A DNA stretch of 64,000 bases, taken from NCBI RefSeq assembly GCF_009914755.1, contig NC_060929.1; one strand, written 5' to 3'. Shown here piece by piece: positions 16,088-28,987 of this stretch. The translations under genes and the position numbers were made by a program. The notes under the pieces are model-generated. The model was not told the DNA's origin. It did no database searches and saw nothing but the letters and a program-made list of their open reading frames with translations. The stretch is from the human T2T-CHM13v2.0 reference genome, Homo sapiens. Each line of letters starts with the position of its first letter. Position 1 is the first letter of the stretch.

Positions 16088-17979
16088 GTAAGTATAGGCG
16101 TTCAGAATTGTAAGTCTAAAGGTAACACAATTGCAGTCTTTTTGTAGGTAGAGAAGAATTGTTCATTGTCTTCAGTTTAACCTCCCAATCTGTCCTGAAA
16201 TGTTCAAGTCTGAATTGTGGTAGGGTTTTCATCTTCAGTGAAATTATTTCCCACCCTCAAGTCCACTAGAGGGTGCTCTGGAGTTTATAGACTTAGGAAA
16301 CTTGCTCTTCTTAAATCCTGTATCATATAACTGCAGGATAAGAAAACATTTCATAAGTGAAATCATTTATCTCCGGTGTGCTTAACTAGCTTTATAAATA
16401 AAATAATCATATCTATGACTAAGTTCTTATTATAATTAATTTTTCAACCATAAACATTGGAGTATATGGAAACAGCCTTACTGGGTGGCTCACATTTAAA
16501 AATAAATGTATGAAATATAAGTGCATGAGTAAATTTATGGTTGTTTATAACAGTGAAATGTCATTATTAGAGAAAATATACTTAAGCCAAAGTACAGTCT
16601 GAAAGATCCACAGCCCCAGCTATGTGGAGACAGCTGCCCCTGAGTGCTTGGCAGATCCGGTGATGCATTTTAATTCGTAACCTGTCATTGTACTTCTTGG
16701 CAAGAGCAACATACCTGCTGCCATTTTGTGACCACTGGCTAGCCTTACCAGCCTCCCCAAGGGCAGCATCGTCTCTGGATCCAGTGTACTTCCATCTAAC
16801 TTAGTGGGCCGTTTCTCAGAGGCTTATTCATGCAGGGTCGCTGGGCAGGGCCAGGCAGAAGGGACGATTGGGTTGCACTAAGGAGGAATCATCATCAAGA
16901 AAAGAATAGAAAATGCCAAGAAGGTGGGTTTCTTTACAGCAGATCTCTTATAAATACTGGTAGATGTTTGCAATTTGGACAACTTACACATCATACTTTT
17001 TGTGATGTCCATATATAATGAAATTCTTCAGGTAATAAAATGTCCCCGAGTATGGAAATCATCTGAGTAATAATCTGGAATTCACAGGTTCCAAATGATG
17101 GTTTTCATACCATTTTGTTTGGCTTGTGTTCTGTTTGAGATCGTCTTTTGGATCACAGCTTGCCTGACATCATTTTAGGTCACATTCTGACTGGAAAGAA
17201 AAAAATGCAACATTGCTGGCTAGTAATTTCATTAGCTGGCTTTAATCTCTCTTTAGAGACCAAGCTCATCTGTTTTAGCAGCCAATACATCTTCACTTAA
17301 TTTATCTTTTAGAAGTTAAGATTCCCTCAGAGGCTACCTCTGGAGCTCTGGATGATGAATCACTTCCTTTGCTGGGGTGGAGAATGCATCAGGGGGACCT
17401 TGACTGTGGGGGAGGGGCTGAAGCTATTGACCTTTCTCTGCATGCTTCCATGTTCTGCATATATTACAGAGGGATTTTGCCTCTTAGCCGTTAAAATTAT
17501 TGATGAAATACTAAAAGCTAATGCTATTGATAAAGAAATTGGAGAATAAGCTGTTAAAACATCATTTGCCCTCTGGGAAGCTGTGTCATTAATACTGAAG
17601 AGAACATGGTGGCAGCCCTTTTGCAACCAGGAAAGACTCATTTTGCAGTTTGTTGCTTGTAAGATTGCAAATAGTCGAATCTTGATTGTCAGATAGTAGG
17701 ATTTTCACATGTTGGTTTCCTTCCCCTGAATTTTTTGCTCGTTGACCTGCACTGGGGTCTCCAGTAAGAGACGCTCACAGGAAGCGAAGGATGAAACCAG
17801 TCACCTGTAGCCTAAGAACACAATGTCCTCATTATAACTCACATGACAGCTGAGATCACTAGTGACGTTCTTATAACCTAACATGGCCACAAGTAACCAA
17901 AACCTGTTTCCTTGGTCTCTGTTCTGCATCCTTCTAGAATTTTACTGTCACCTAATTATATAATTGTCTTTTTATCCAG

Positions 17980-18081
17980 ACCTCAGAGTTGGGTGTCACA
18001 GAACATGTTGAAGGAGACCCTTGCAAATTTGCACTGTGGGTGGGGAGAACACCAACTTCAGATAATAAAATTGTCCTTAAG
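17980..18081 (+). CDS. TRIO: TRIO coding exon, PH1 (TSELGVTEHVEGDPCKFALWVGRTPTSDNKIVLK), 102 nt, phase 0-0
   Basis: Acceptor tttatccag|ACC, donor AAG|gtacgt. Confidence 0.96.
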
Positions 18082-19489
18082 GTACGTTCATTTGAAGCTG
18101 GGAATGTGCTGTTTGAAACATTTACTGTGGCCATCCATGCTTGCTTTTCCGTTGTTTTCATATTATTATTATTTGTTGTTGTTGTTTGTGTGTGTGTGTT
18201 CTATTCAGATTGGTGACTACCACAAAAAGAATAGTGGAATAAATTCAGTTTGGTGTTCTGGTGATGAAACAATTTGAGTTAAACTTTCACTTGACTCCTG
18301 AAAGGGCAAATGAAGCAAGGTCTTTTTATATTTTTCCCATTCTTCCAGTCTTTGAATTCATTGACTCTATAAGAGATGCAGGAAGTCAGGGTACAGGAGG
18401 AATGAGATACTGACCAAAAACTCTGATTGCGCACTTGACCTGTTTCGAAAGGAAAAAGTCACCTGGTGCGTGTTTGAGGACCTGCGACAGGAAGTCGAGG
18501 CCAACCGTACCCACAGTCCTTACAGAGTCCTCAGCTCTGTGGCTTAATAGTTTGGAGACGGAGGGAAAGAGGAATGATTATTAGTGACAGGGTTTGATAC
18601 TGTTATGATTTAAAATTCAAAACCACTAGGGATGCTTTAGGGTATATAGTCTTTGGGGGAGGAAAATATCTTGGAATATTTGATTTGAACTCTGTTTTGA
18701 TTATACTAACCTCTCCTGGGAATGGTCAAGAGCTCTAAGGTTGTCTTATGTATTTTCCTCCTCTGTGTTTGAGAAAATACAGATGGAACTTTTGGAGCCA
18801 TCTGGAAATGCCATCAGCGGCTTTGGGATGTTTGGGGGACGGTGGAGCTAAGGCTTATCGAATATTGGGAGATGAGCCAGAGTGTAATGGGACTCTGGTG
18901 TATGAACCTGCATGTCACCCCTTGTGTCTCTTGCATGCTTTTTCATCTCTTTGGTATTTTCAGTGACTGTGAGTTACTCCCCTGTATGTCAGCCTTCTAG
19001 AGCCTGTTCTTCAGTGGAAGCCATTGTGTTCATAAGATTTTTGTTCATATGTGATAGTGGGTTGTTTTGCAGTGAATATGTGATTATCAGCCCAATGTGC
19101 TCTGGCTAGTACTGGCATAAAGCCCTATATGATATCAGTTGCACCGATAGCTAAATTTAAATAACTGTATTTTCTTCCTAAGGTCTAACATTTTAAGGTA
19201 TACTCAAAACCTGGAAACTTGCAACTTATATAAACCGCTTATCCAGACTAGCTACAGTAGTAGATGCCAAAAGGTGCTTCCAAAAAATAGTGACAGATAC
19301 TTTAGCCAGATCTGGACTTTCATTTAGGATGTCGTAAATGCTCATGGTACAGTTGACAAATAAGACTCTTCTTATTTGTCAGGCTTCGCCAGGTACAAGT
19401 TTTCTAGGGAATTTTGGGTAATACCTTTCTGACTTCCAAGGAGAAAGTAAAGGAAACGATGTTCTCATTAATTTCAGGGATTGCTGCAT

Positions 19490-20007
19490 GGTGTTGGTGT
19501 AGAGAGGCAGGCGATGGTGATGGTGGGAATGGTAGTGTAATGATGATGTAGGTGGAGGTGGTGGAGACGCTGTGGTGGTGGTGATGGCGGTGAAAGTTTA
19601 GATGGCAGTGAGGGTGGAGATGGTGGTGGTATGGATTTTGGTGGTCACGGTGGTATAGATGGTGGTGAGAGGGTAAGGGTGTAGAGGAAGGTAGTGGTAT
19701 AGATTTGGTGATGGGGGTATGGGTACAGATGGTGGCAGTGGTGTAGATGGTGGTGATGAGGGTATAGATGGTGGTGGCATAGACTTTGGTGGTGATGGTG
19801 GTGAGGTTGTAGATGGAGGTCATCGTGTAGAATTTGGTGGCAGTGGTAGTACAGGCGGTGGTAGTGCTAGTGCAGGCAGTGGTAGTGTAGATGGTGGTGA
19901 GGGTTTAGGTGTTGATGGTGAGGGTACAGATTTTGTTGGTCTAGATGGTGTGGTGAGAGCGTAGATGGAGATACTTTAGATTTTAATGGTAGTAAGGTTG
20001 GAGATGG
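19490..20007. repeat. Degenerate GGT-rich low-complexity flank of the minisatellite
   Basis: Decayed units such as ggtgatgagggtatagatggtggt leading into the array. Confidence 0.8.
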
Positions 20008-21120
20008 TGGTGAGGGTGCAGGTTGTGGTGAGGGTACAGGTTGTGGTGGTGAAGGTGCAGGTTGTGGTGGGTTGTGAGGGTGCAGGTTGTGGTGAGGGTA
20101 CAGGTTGTGGTGGTGAGGGCATAGGTTGTGAGGGTGCAGGTTGTGGTGAGGGTGCAGGTTGTGGTGGTGAGGGTTGTAGGTTGTGGTGAGGGTGCAGGTT
20201 GTGGTGAGGGTGCAGGTTGTGGTGAGGGTGCAGGTTGTGGTGAGGGTGTAGGTTGTGGTGAGGGTACAGGTGGTGGTGAGGGTGCAGGTTGTGGTGAGGG
20301 TGTAGGTTGTGGTGGTGAGGGTGTAGGTTGTGGTGGTGAGGGTGTAGGTTGTGGTGAGGGTGCAGCTTGTGAGGGTGCAGGTTGTGGTGAGGGTGTAGGT
20401 TGTGAGGGTGTAGGTTGTGATGAGGGTGTAGGTTGTGGTGAGGGTGTAGGTTGTGGTGAGGGTGTAGGTTGTGGTGAGGGTGCAGGTTGTGGTGAGGGTG
20501 CAGGTGGTGGTGGTGAGGGTGTAGGTGGTGGTGGTGAGGGTGCAGGTTGTGGTGAGGGTGCAGGTTGTGAGGGTGCAGGTTGTGGTGGTGAGGGTGTAGG
20601 TTGTGGTGGTGAGGGTGCAGGTTGTGAGGGTGAGGGTGTAGGTTGTGGTGGTGAGGGTGCAGGTGGTGGTGAGGGTGCAGGTGGTGGTGAGGGTGCAGGT
20701 GGTGGTGAGGGTGTAGGTTGTGGTGAGGGTGTAGGTTGTGGTGAGGGTGCAGGTGGTGGTGAGGGTGCAGGTGGTGGTGGTGAGGGTGTAGGTTGTGGTG
20801 AGGGTGTAGGTTGTGGTGGTGAGGGTGCAGGTTGTGAGGGTGCAGGTGGTGGTGAGGGTGCAGGTGGTGGTGAGGGTGCAGGTGGTGGTGAGGGTGCAGG
20901 TGGTGGTGAGGGTGCAGGTGGTGGTGGTGAGGGTGTAGGTGGTGGTGGTGAGGGTGCAGGTTGTGAGGGTGTAGGTTGTGGTGAGGGTACAGGTGGTGAG
21001 GGTGCAGGTTGTGGTGAGGGTGTAGGTTGTGGTGAGGGTGTAGGTTGTGGTGGTGAGGGTGTAGGTTGTGGTGAGGGTGCAGCTTGTGAGGGTGCAGGTT
21101 GTGGTGGTGAGGGTGTAGGC
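20008..21120. repeat. G/T-rich minisatellite (VNTR-like), consensus unit GGTGAGGGTG(C/T)AGGTTGT with 15/18/21-nt variants
   Basis: Directly visible tandem array; variants differ by GGT triplets. Confidence 0.97.
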
Positions 21121-22864
21121 AGTGGTAGAAGTAGAGGTATCGTGCTGCTGGTGTGTGTGCTTATGGTGGTAGAGAACGTGATGGGAATGGTGGTAGTGGC
21201 GATGATGATGTCCTCATAGTTGTAAAACAAAATTTTGGTTATTTTCACTTCTCTAGTCTGGAAAAGAGAATTTTATTTTTAAGTCTTAAGCAGATTGCGA
21301 CTACCCAGATTATGAAATGAACTATCCCCTCTCTTAGCCAGGTAGGACCTTGGTATTTAGTACTTTACCTCAGTTACCTTTCTCTTACTATTTCTGAAAA
21401 ACTGACATCTTTTTTCCTCGTTTAATTTCTTTAAGGTTAGGAGAATTACTCTCTAAGTGTAACGATCAATTCATATGAGAATTTTCTTTATTTCTGAACC
21501 ATATTAACAGTTTTCCTCAGTTGTTTCCAAACTCTGCCAGTTGTTCTTTTGCAGGTACTTCTCTTTAGTTGACCTTCCAAATACTTTTATCAGGCATTTA
21601 AATTCCAACCAATTTGTAGTTTTTAGAAAAGTTTCTTCTCCCGAGTCCCTTACTTTCCCCCCGCTTTCCCCGGTCACCCTGCCTCCTTCCTGCCCCCTCG
21701 CCAGAAGACATTGGTTTTCCTGCTGTCCTATGTCACTCCGGAGAAGAGGGAGCAAGAGGCTGCCTTTACCCATCATTTCTTTTCCCTGTCACTACCTGTT
21801 AGTAATGTTAAAGACAGGTCCTCTGGTTAAAACGGTTTCTGTAGAAAGAGGATGATCAATTTTAATTTCCTTTCCCAACATGGGCTTTGATTTTCTGTTT
21901 TCAAAAACAGGATACACAGTGAGAAATGCTGGGCGCTCCCCACTTTGTGACCTCATCTACGATGAGTTATGACGGGTTAATTATAACTGCAGGGAATTAT
22001 GCTTATATCATAGGAGATTGATATTTTCTGTGAGGAAATTAGAAAGCTGTTAGGAAGGCCCAGAACATGCAGAAAGAAAAAAAAAACCTCCTTTGAGGCA
22101 GAGTTAAAAAAAAAAAAAAAGTCTGGATCAAGTGATGTCGTGCGTGCTCAGTCTGCAGGTGCTTGCTGACAATCTAGTCTGTGTGGTTCTCAGAGGACAT
22201 TTCTTGAGAGTTGTAATGGAGTCAAGGTGAATCTGCCATCGGGGATTGGCAGTTGGTGAGCTTGGAACATTGGGCACATTTCTTCTGTCCACACCTCAGT
22301 TGCTCATTTATAAGACGGGGCTGCAGGAGTCTCCCACCCGCAGAGTCCTTATGGGAGTGGATGACAGCATGCGAGAAGCCCTCGGCTAGGCACAGGGGGC
22401 TGGAGGTGGTGGCAGCTGCGCCGCTGTTCCCTGAGTCCAGCAAAGGAGGCCGCAAGGCTGTGGGGATTTGTTCAGTTTCCTGCTGGCAGTATGCCCCCTA
22501 CTGACCAGTGCGCAGTGTTTGCCTCAATAGCCTCAGAGGCGTTTTGGTGGCAGTGAGGGTGGCTGTGTTGGTTTATTTGCCCAGGGCTGCTTAAAAGGTC
22601 TTGGGGCTGGAGAATGATGGATTATTGCAATAGTCAGAGATCTGGAGTAATATACGTGCTATAAAACAAAAAAGGTTTTGATGAAAACGTATTTTTAAAT
22701 AGTCATTTATTTGGTAGCATATTAAACGTCGGATGTGGTTGCTTTTCTGCTAAAAAGTCATTTTGAAAATAGAAACTCAAGGAATGCAGGAAACCTGGGT
22801 GTGGTTAGGGCAAGGTCTGGAAAGGGCCGTTCCGTATCCTAAGCAACGCTAACACCTTGTTAAG

Positions 22865-23007
22865 GCTTCCAGCATAGAGAACAAGCAGGACTGGATAAAG
22901 CATATCCGCGAAGTCATCCAGGAGCGGACGATCCACCTGAAGGGAGCCCTGAAGGAGCCCATTCACATCCCTAAGACCGCTCCCGCCACAAGACAGAAGG
23001 GAAGGAG
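22865..23007 (+). CDS. TRIO: TRIO coding exon, PH1 C-terminal helix and linker (ASSIENKQDWIKHIREVIQERTIHLKGALKEPIHIPKTAPATRQKGR), 143 nt, phase 0-2
   Basis: Acceptor cttgttaag|GCT, donor AG|gtgcgt; conserved PH Trp (KQDWIKHI). Confidence 0.95.
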
Positions 23008-23259
23008 GTGCGTGTCTGGGCGCCACTGGAGGTTTGTGGATGTGGGAGGGAGGGGCGAGGCGGTGTTAGCTCACCCTGCTTCAAAAATCCTTTCTCTCAA
23101 ACATTTTGAGGAATACATTTTTTAAACTGCCATTTGTGGATAACATCATTCTTAGTAATGAAACTGCTTTGTCAGAGATAAGAGCCTCTATTGGCTTAGA
23201 GTAAACGAAGGGCTGTGTGCAAACCTCTCATTGTTTTGCCTTTCTCACCCCGAGCACCA

Positions 23260-23460
23260 TACAGGGCACATGTCTAACTCATGCACATGACCTTGGATAA
23301 GTTATAAAGCATCGAGATGTTGCTGTTTTCTCATTTTTAAAATGGCAACGATCATATCAACTATATTTTATGGTGATGGGAATCCAACAGGATGATATGT
23401 TTTAAACACTCAGCACAGTGCCTAGCAGAAAGCCTGTGCTCGGTGAAGGGTGCCTTAACC
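23260..23460 (+). mobile_element. MIR fragment
   Basis: tgaccttggataagtta...ttttctcatttttaaaatgg...cactcagcacagtgcctagca. Confidence 0.6.
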
Positions 23461-23589
23461 ATTGTCCGCATCCTGGCAGCAGCAGGCACTCACGAAGGCT
23501 GATATGCACCTCATTAAACAAATCAGTTGCTTCTCCAGTGACTGCCAGCTCAGCAGCATCAGGAACTAAAAGTTTCTTTGCACCGCCAG

Positions 23590-23689
23590 GGATGGAGAGG
23601 ATCTGGACAGCCAAGGAGACGGCAGCAGCCAGCCTGATACGATTTCCATCGCCTCACGGACGTCTCAGAACACGCTGGACAGCGATAAG
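23590..23689 (+). CDS. TRIO: TRIO coding exon, PH1-SH3 linker (DGEDLDSQGDGSSQPDTISIASRTSQNTLDSDK), 100 nt, phase 2-0
   Basis: Acceptor caccgccag|G, donor AAG|gtgagt; linker peptide conserved with kalirin. Confidence 0.96.
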
Positions 23690-26567
23690 GTGAGTCACTG
23701 CCGGCACTTTGTGTGCGGAGGGGAATGTGGCCAGTCTCTGGTCAAAGCAGCCCCCTCCTTTCTGTTACTCACAGTTTGTCATCAACATTTTCAAGCAGTT
23801 GATACGTGCCAGGAGTGGTGCCAGGATCCCGTGGTGGGGCAGAGACTTGGGGGATTGGGGTGAGAAGACCTGAACCCTGAGGATTCAGGAGAAATCATTC
23901 AACTCTTTCCATCCTGCCCTTTGCCAGTGCCAAGGGTGTTACTGGACATTCGAGGGCAGCATACTTAGACTTTTTAATCTTATTCCTAAGCAGAAGAACC
24001 TATCATTTAAAATAAAATCCTACACAGAACACCAGCGTATGTTTTAATTTAGGATCTTTAAGATGGACAGCACCCTTCCAGCGACTAGGAGGGACACAAG
24101 ATGGAAATAAAGAGTGTTGCTTACAGGTTCTGGGGATCACACGGCATCCCTGGAGGACAGGGAGCATGTGGGGAGAGAGGAGTCCTTGGGCCAGGCCCTT
24201 TATTGTGTCCAGGACATTATCCAAACAGGTTTGGCACAGGGCGTCTCAATGAGTGGGCTTAGAGCAAGCAGACACGAGTTTCAGAAGGTCATGCTGTGAC
24301 TAGGAAGTTGTCACTCTGGCATATCTGCACAGTCCACATGAGGTGCGAGTGTCAGCAGGGCCAGTTAAGCAGGTCTTATATGGCTATCCCTTAGAGAAAT
24401 GGTCACCAGAAGGAAGTTCTGTGAAGCAGAGATCAGGACCTACCACACTGAAGGCCTGGGAGAAGATGCTCCTGTTATGAGAAAGTCCAGCTTCTCTGGG
24501 TTCATAGTGATGCCAAGGCAATGTAAAATAGTAAGAACTCATGGCAGTGTAGAAGCGGAGCTGCTCTGATGGAAATGGGGGCTGTGGCCCTGAGATGCCC
24601 TCTCATAACCATAGTGTGCAGCAGAACATAGAAAACCTGCCCTGGAATTGGCAACAGTGATGACCACTGTGAGCTAGATCTGATTTTTATCAAAAAAGTT
24701 TGTATAGGTGTATCTTCTTCAGAAGCAGCCTAGAGTATCTCATGATTTTGTCTGATACAATCCAAAAATCCCACAAAGTAAATTGCTAGTAGAATTTGGA
24801 ATCCTGGGTTTACGTGATGGACAAAAGACAAAATGTTCTCTGTCAGCCAGTGGGGAACATTGATCTTAATGAAGTCTTCTGTTCCTGCCAAGACTAGTGT
24901 GTTCTGTTACATTACTAGAATGCTAGACTGAATTCTTTTTAAAAAAATTGACAGTAAATAGGGGGTTTATTTATGAGCCCAGAATTGCTGAGCTTCTCAT
25001 TCTCCAATGCAAGTCAGACCTCATTTCATGAGACCTTTGTCCCCATCATGAGACCCGGGAGTCTGTTCTCTGCACATCATTTCCGCAGCCCACTCATTGG
25101 TAGGAAGGAACAATGCCCTGACCTCACCGTCCTTGGGAATTGATTCAGACAGATGACAGAGTCCAGTATTTGGAAGGTTATTTCCGTGGCACATCTTTTA
25201 GTCCCAGACTGGCCTTTTCTCACTTGGTTTTGTAGGAGGATTCATGATACTTAATGTTCTAGTTTCAAGGACGGGAGTCAGTAGATTTAAAATACTGCTC
25301 TGCTGCAGTGATTCCATTTTCAATATCCTAGTTTAAGTGATTAGATTTTTTTTCTCATTATACTTTTTGGGTTCACTAAATAATAGATCCTAGGACTTGG
25401 AGTGGTTAGAATGACAAGACCAGAGAATAAAAAGAATTTCTCATTTTATTTTGTTCAAGGCCCTATGTATTGGCATTCAGCAAATATTTCTTGGCATGTA
25501 GTAAAAAGAAATAAGATAAATGACATGTTCAGGCATCTGATGCCTGATAGCATTTCTCTCCGAGACCCCACCTATGGCCATTGAGGTTAAAGAAATAAAG
25601 TTTGAGCTTGGAAACACTTTGTTAGAGTAATATTGATAAATTTTTTATTTTATTTTACTTTTTAATAAAGTAATCAAGGGGATTATCTGGTGAATTTCCA
25701 TGAGGCTGCCACCTGAAAGGAAAGTTGAATCATGGGTGCTCAAGTGTGTGGGAAAGTGGCCCGCATTCAGGGCATTTCCAGACCATTTGAGATCACCGTC
25801 AAGCCCCAAATTCCCATTCTTAAGATAAACTCCTAGGGGTCTGCTCTGGATTTCCCCTAGACATGAGTTCAAAAGTTTATTCTTTTTTTAAAAAAAAAAA
25901 AGTAAATTTTTTGAATGAAATTGCTAAAGAGCTAAGTGGAAAAGTTAGCTTTGGAGGGTTCCTTTTTTGGAAGTTGGTCTAAGAGGCAAGGATAACTTGT
26001 TTCCTCGGGTAGTTTATGGATAAATGGGTGCCTGGGAGTCTGGAAATGACCCCTCTATCCAGGAAGGGGCTCTGGAGTCTCCAGTTCATTATTCCGGACA
26101 GAGTTGCTGGTGCCACGACTTATCTCCTGCGTGTGGAGAATTCCTTGGCTGGTACCCACCTCCTCTCAGCCCCAGCACAGCCCTGGCCCCTAAGGCGCGT
26201 GGCTGATTGGGATTCCCCAGCGGCTTGAACAGAAATAAGTCTCTATCCTGGAGTTAGGAGTAGTGAAATTAGCACGACTTCACATCTGTTATAGCATATT
26301 AGGGAGGGCTTACGTGAACTGGGAATACAGCAAATTATATTTGTATCCAACGAAAGAGGAAGAATAAATCACTACCAGAACAGTATAGGTTTGCCAAAAA
26401 AAAAAAAAAAGCAAATTTTACCCTAGCAGTCCACTAGGGTATGAAAATGTTAAGAAAACTCCCTATGAGATACTCTATCTGTGAAGATGATTCACCAGTT
26501 TCTCTTGACCTCATCTGATGTGTTGTCCCTAAACTTCACTCCTGAGCTCAGAAATCCCTGAAGGGTC

Positions 26568-26870
26568 GGCTGAGCACGCGGTGGCTCACGCCTGTAATCC
26601 CAGCACTTAGGGAGGCCAAGGCGGGCAGATCACGAGGTCAGGAGATCGAGACCATCCTGGCTAACATGGTGAAACCCCGTCTCTACTAAAAATGTAAAAA
26701 ATTAGTCGAGCGTGGTGGTGGGTGCCTGTAAGTCCCAGCTACTCGGGAGGCTGAGGCAGGAGAATGGCATGAACCCGGGAGGCAGAGCTTGCAGTGAGCC
26801 AAGATCAGGCCACTGCACTCCCACCTGGGCGACAGAGCGAGACTCCATCTCAAAAAAAAAAAAAAAAAAA
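26568..26870 (+). mobile_element. AluY
   Basis: Full dimer, A-tail, perfect TSD GAAATCCCTGAAGGGTC at 26551-26567 and 26871-26887. Confidence 0.95.
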
Positions 26871-28626
26871 GAAATCCCTGAAGGGTCTCTCCTGCCAGTT
26901 CCACCATTGCCTCTCCAGCCCCGCTCCTGGGAGGCTCTTTCTTACTGAGGACCGCAGCCTGCCACGCAGCAACACTCACCCTGGTATTCTCATGGTTAAC
27001 CATCTTGAAGGAATGACACTCCAGACTCAGTTTCTTAAACAGACCTGGCGAATTTTCTTAATGCCACTTGCTGAGAGCATCGGTCCTTAGTAGGCTCTAA
27101 AGCACAGAAAGGATGAAATGTCGTGTCGTGAGAACAGAACCACAGCGGGTGTCTTACTCCGTTCTGGAGACCTGCATTTGGGATTAAACGGCGTATGAGA
27201 CTTGCCAATAAGTCAGAATTTGGAATTTGGAGAGGACGTACCCATGCGGCCTTACAAACAAGAAGGTGCACGTTTGCTGCCCACGTGTGCCTGCGTTTGT
27301 GTGTGCTCTGCTTATGTGACGTTTTCTCTTAGCCATCTCCCTCCTTATGCCTCTCCAGTAGAACAGTTGAGGGTCATTAGATGACTCAAGAACACATTTT
27401 GAAAATCAAGGACTCCATCCTTTCCCTAGTCAGTCTGCAAAATGCACTGTCCCTCTGAACTAGGCTTAACCAGCAACCCCATCTCCGGTGACGGTAATTT
27501 TCCTGAGTCTCGAAGTTCTTTCTGCCCTACGTAGTTTAAGTTTAAGCAGCCTCTGATAACGCAGGCAGATGGATCTGGCAAGGGAAATCACTTAACGACA
27601 TTCTGCCTGTTCGACTTAATTTATGATGTCTGTTATTAGTTAGTTGTTATCATGGAATTTGGTTTCATTTCAGAAACTGGGTCGGGGGATGTTTTTGACT
27701 CGGCCTCTTGGAGAATTCTGAAGGCAAAAGTTATCTGCTAGGGCTGTTAGTAATTCTCAGATGAGGCACACAAGGTTTAGGGAGAGTCTGAAGGAGGGAC
27801 CCTGGAGACGCCCTCTTTCCAGGGAGCACTGTCAGCAGAGCGGGGTTAGCCAGGCCACGGCCATGAGCCACAGGCCCCAGCAGCACGTTTCCTACTTTGA
27901 AAACATCAGTTTTAAAATATGCCTTCTTTTTGTTCCAGAAGTGAATTTAGTACTGATCCTTGCTGATCTCCATGGTACTTAACCTGACACAATGATCTTA
28001 TGAAAATATAATTTGGATTCCAAAGAAATCAAGCGCTTTCCAGATTCTTATCTCATCTGTCCTGAGTGCATCTCCCTGCGGTAGGGAGGAGAGCGCTGAG
28101 CCGGGCCTGGGGCACTGCAGGAGATCCAGGCCCTCTGCAAGGCCTCCCAGCAGCAGAGGGCCACAGCCAGACACGGAACATGCATTTAATCATCTGTCAT
28201 TTTCCAGGCCTTATTATTTCATGCAAGAGCTGAATTTGGAGCTCAGTATTTTTACTAAAGACACATCTTTAAAAATTTTTTCCCTGTCTCTTCCTTATTA
28301 GTCTGTGATTTATAATCATTAAACTAAAATCCATATTACAAAGAAAATAGAAAACATGGAACTCAAACTGTATTGTAGAACAAAGCATCTTGAGGCCAAC
28401 ATGGAAAAATGGCCGAGGCGAGATGAGGTATCCTGTGGAAAAGCCGGCCCGAGCCAGCAGGGCCCAGGTGTGAGCTGTCTTTCGAATCTTAAGCCGTATG
28501 TTTCTTATTTCTAATGAGTGAGAAATTCAGTTGAGACTGATAACTTCATGTGGAACCCCCTTCCCAAGCTTATAACATGAATATATGGATTCACATATTT
28601 AAAAACATAACTGGTTTCAGTCACTC

Positions 28627-28925
28627 TTTTTTTAAAATTCCTGAGGCAGGATCTCACTTTGTCGCCCAGGCTGGAGTGCAGTGGTGTGATCAGAGCTCAC
28701 TGTAGTCTTGAACTCCTAGGCTCAAGTGATCCTTGCCTGGCCCCCCAGGTAGCTAGGACCATAAGTGTACACTACTATGCCTGGCTAGTTTTTTTTTTAT
28801 TTTTGTAGAGACAGTATCGAACTGTGTTTCCCAGGCTGGCCTCAAACTCCTGACCTCAAGCAATCCTCCCACCTCAGCCTCTCAAAACGCTGGGATTATT
28901 GTCCTGAGCCCCACTGCATCCAGCC
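28627..28925 (-). mobile_element. Antisense AluJ
   Basis: Diverged dimer with J-type text (ttgaactcctaggctcaagtgatcc; caagcaatcctccc); TSD-like gtttcagt(c/t)a(c/t)tc. Confidence 0.9.
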
Positions 28926-28987
28926 AGTTTCAGTTATTCTTAATGAAGCCTTAGCACCGTGTTGGAGACATGAGGTTCTATGTGTTG

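Noticed and set aside
19983-21248. 421-aa Pro-rich (-) and 363-aa Gly-rich (+) ORFs
   Set aside because: By-products of a triplet-phased minisatellite inside an intron; no promoter, splice or compositional evidence of a gene
22834-22841. GTATCCT resembling a U12-type 5' splice site
   Set aside because: Lies just upstream of an acceptor in a normal GT-AG intron with a U2-type donor (gtacgt); no matching U12 branch site
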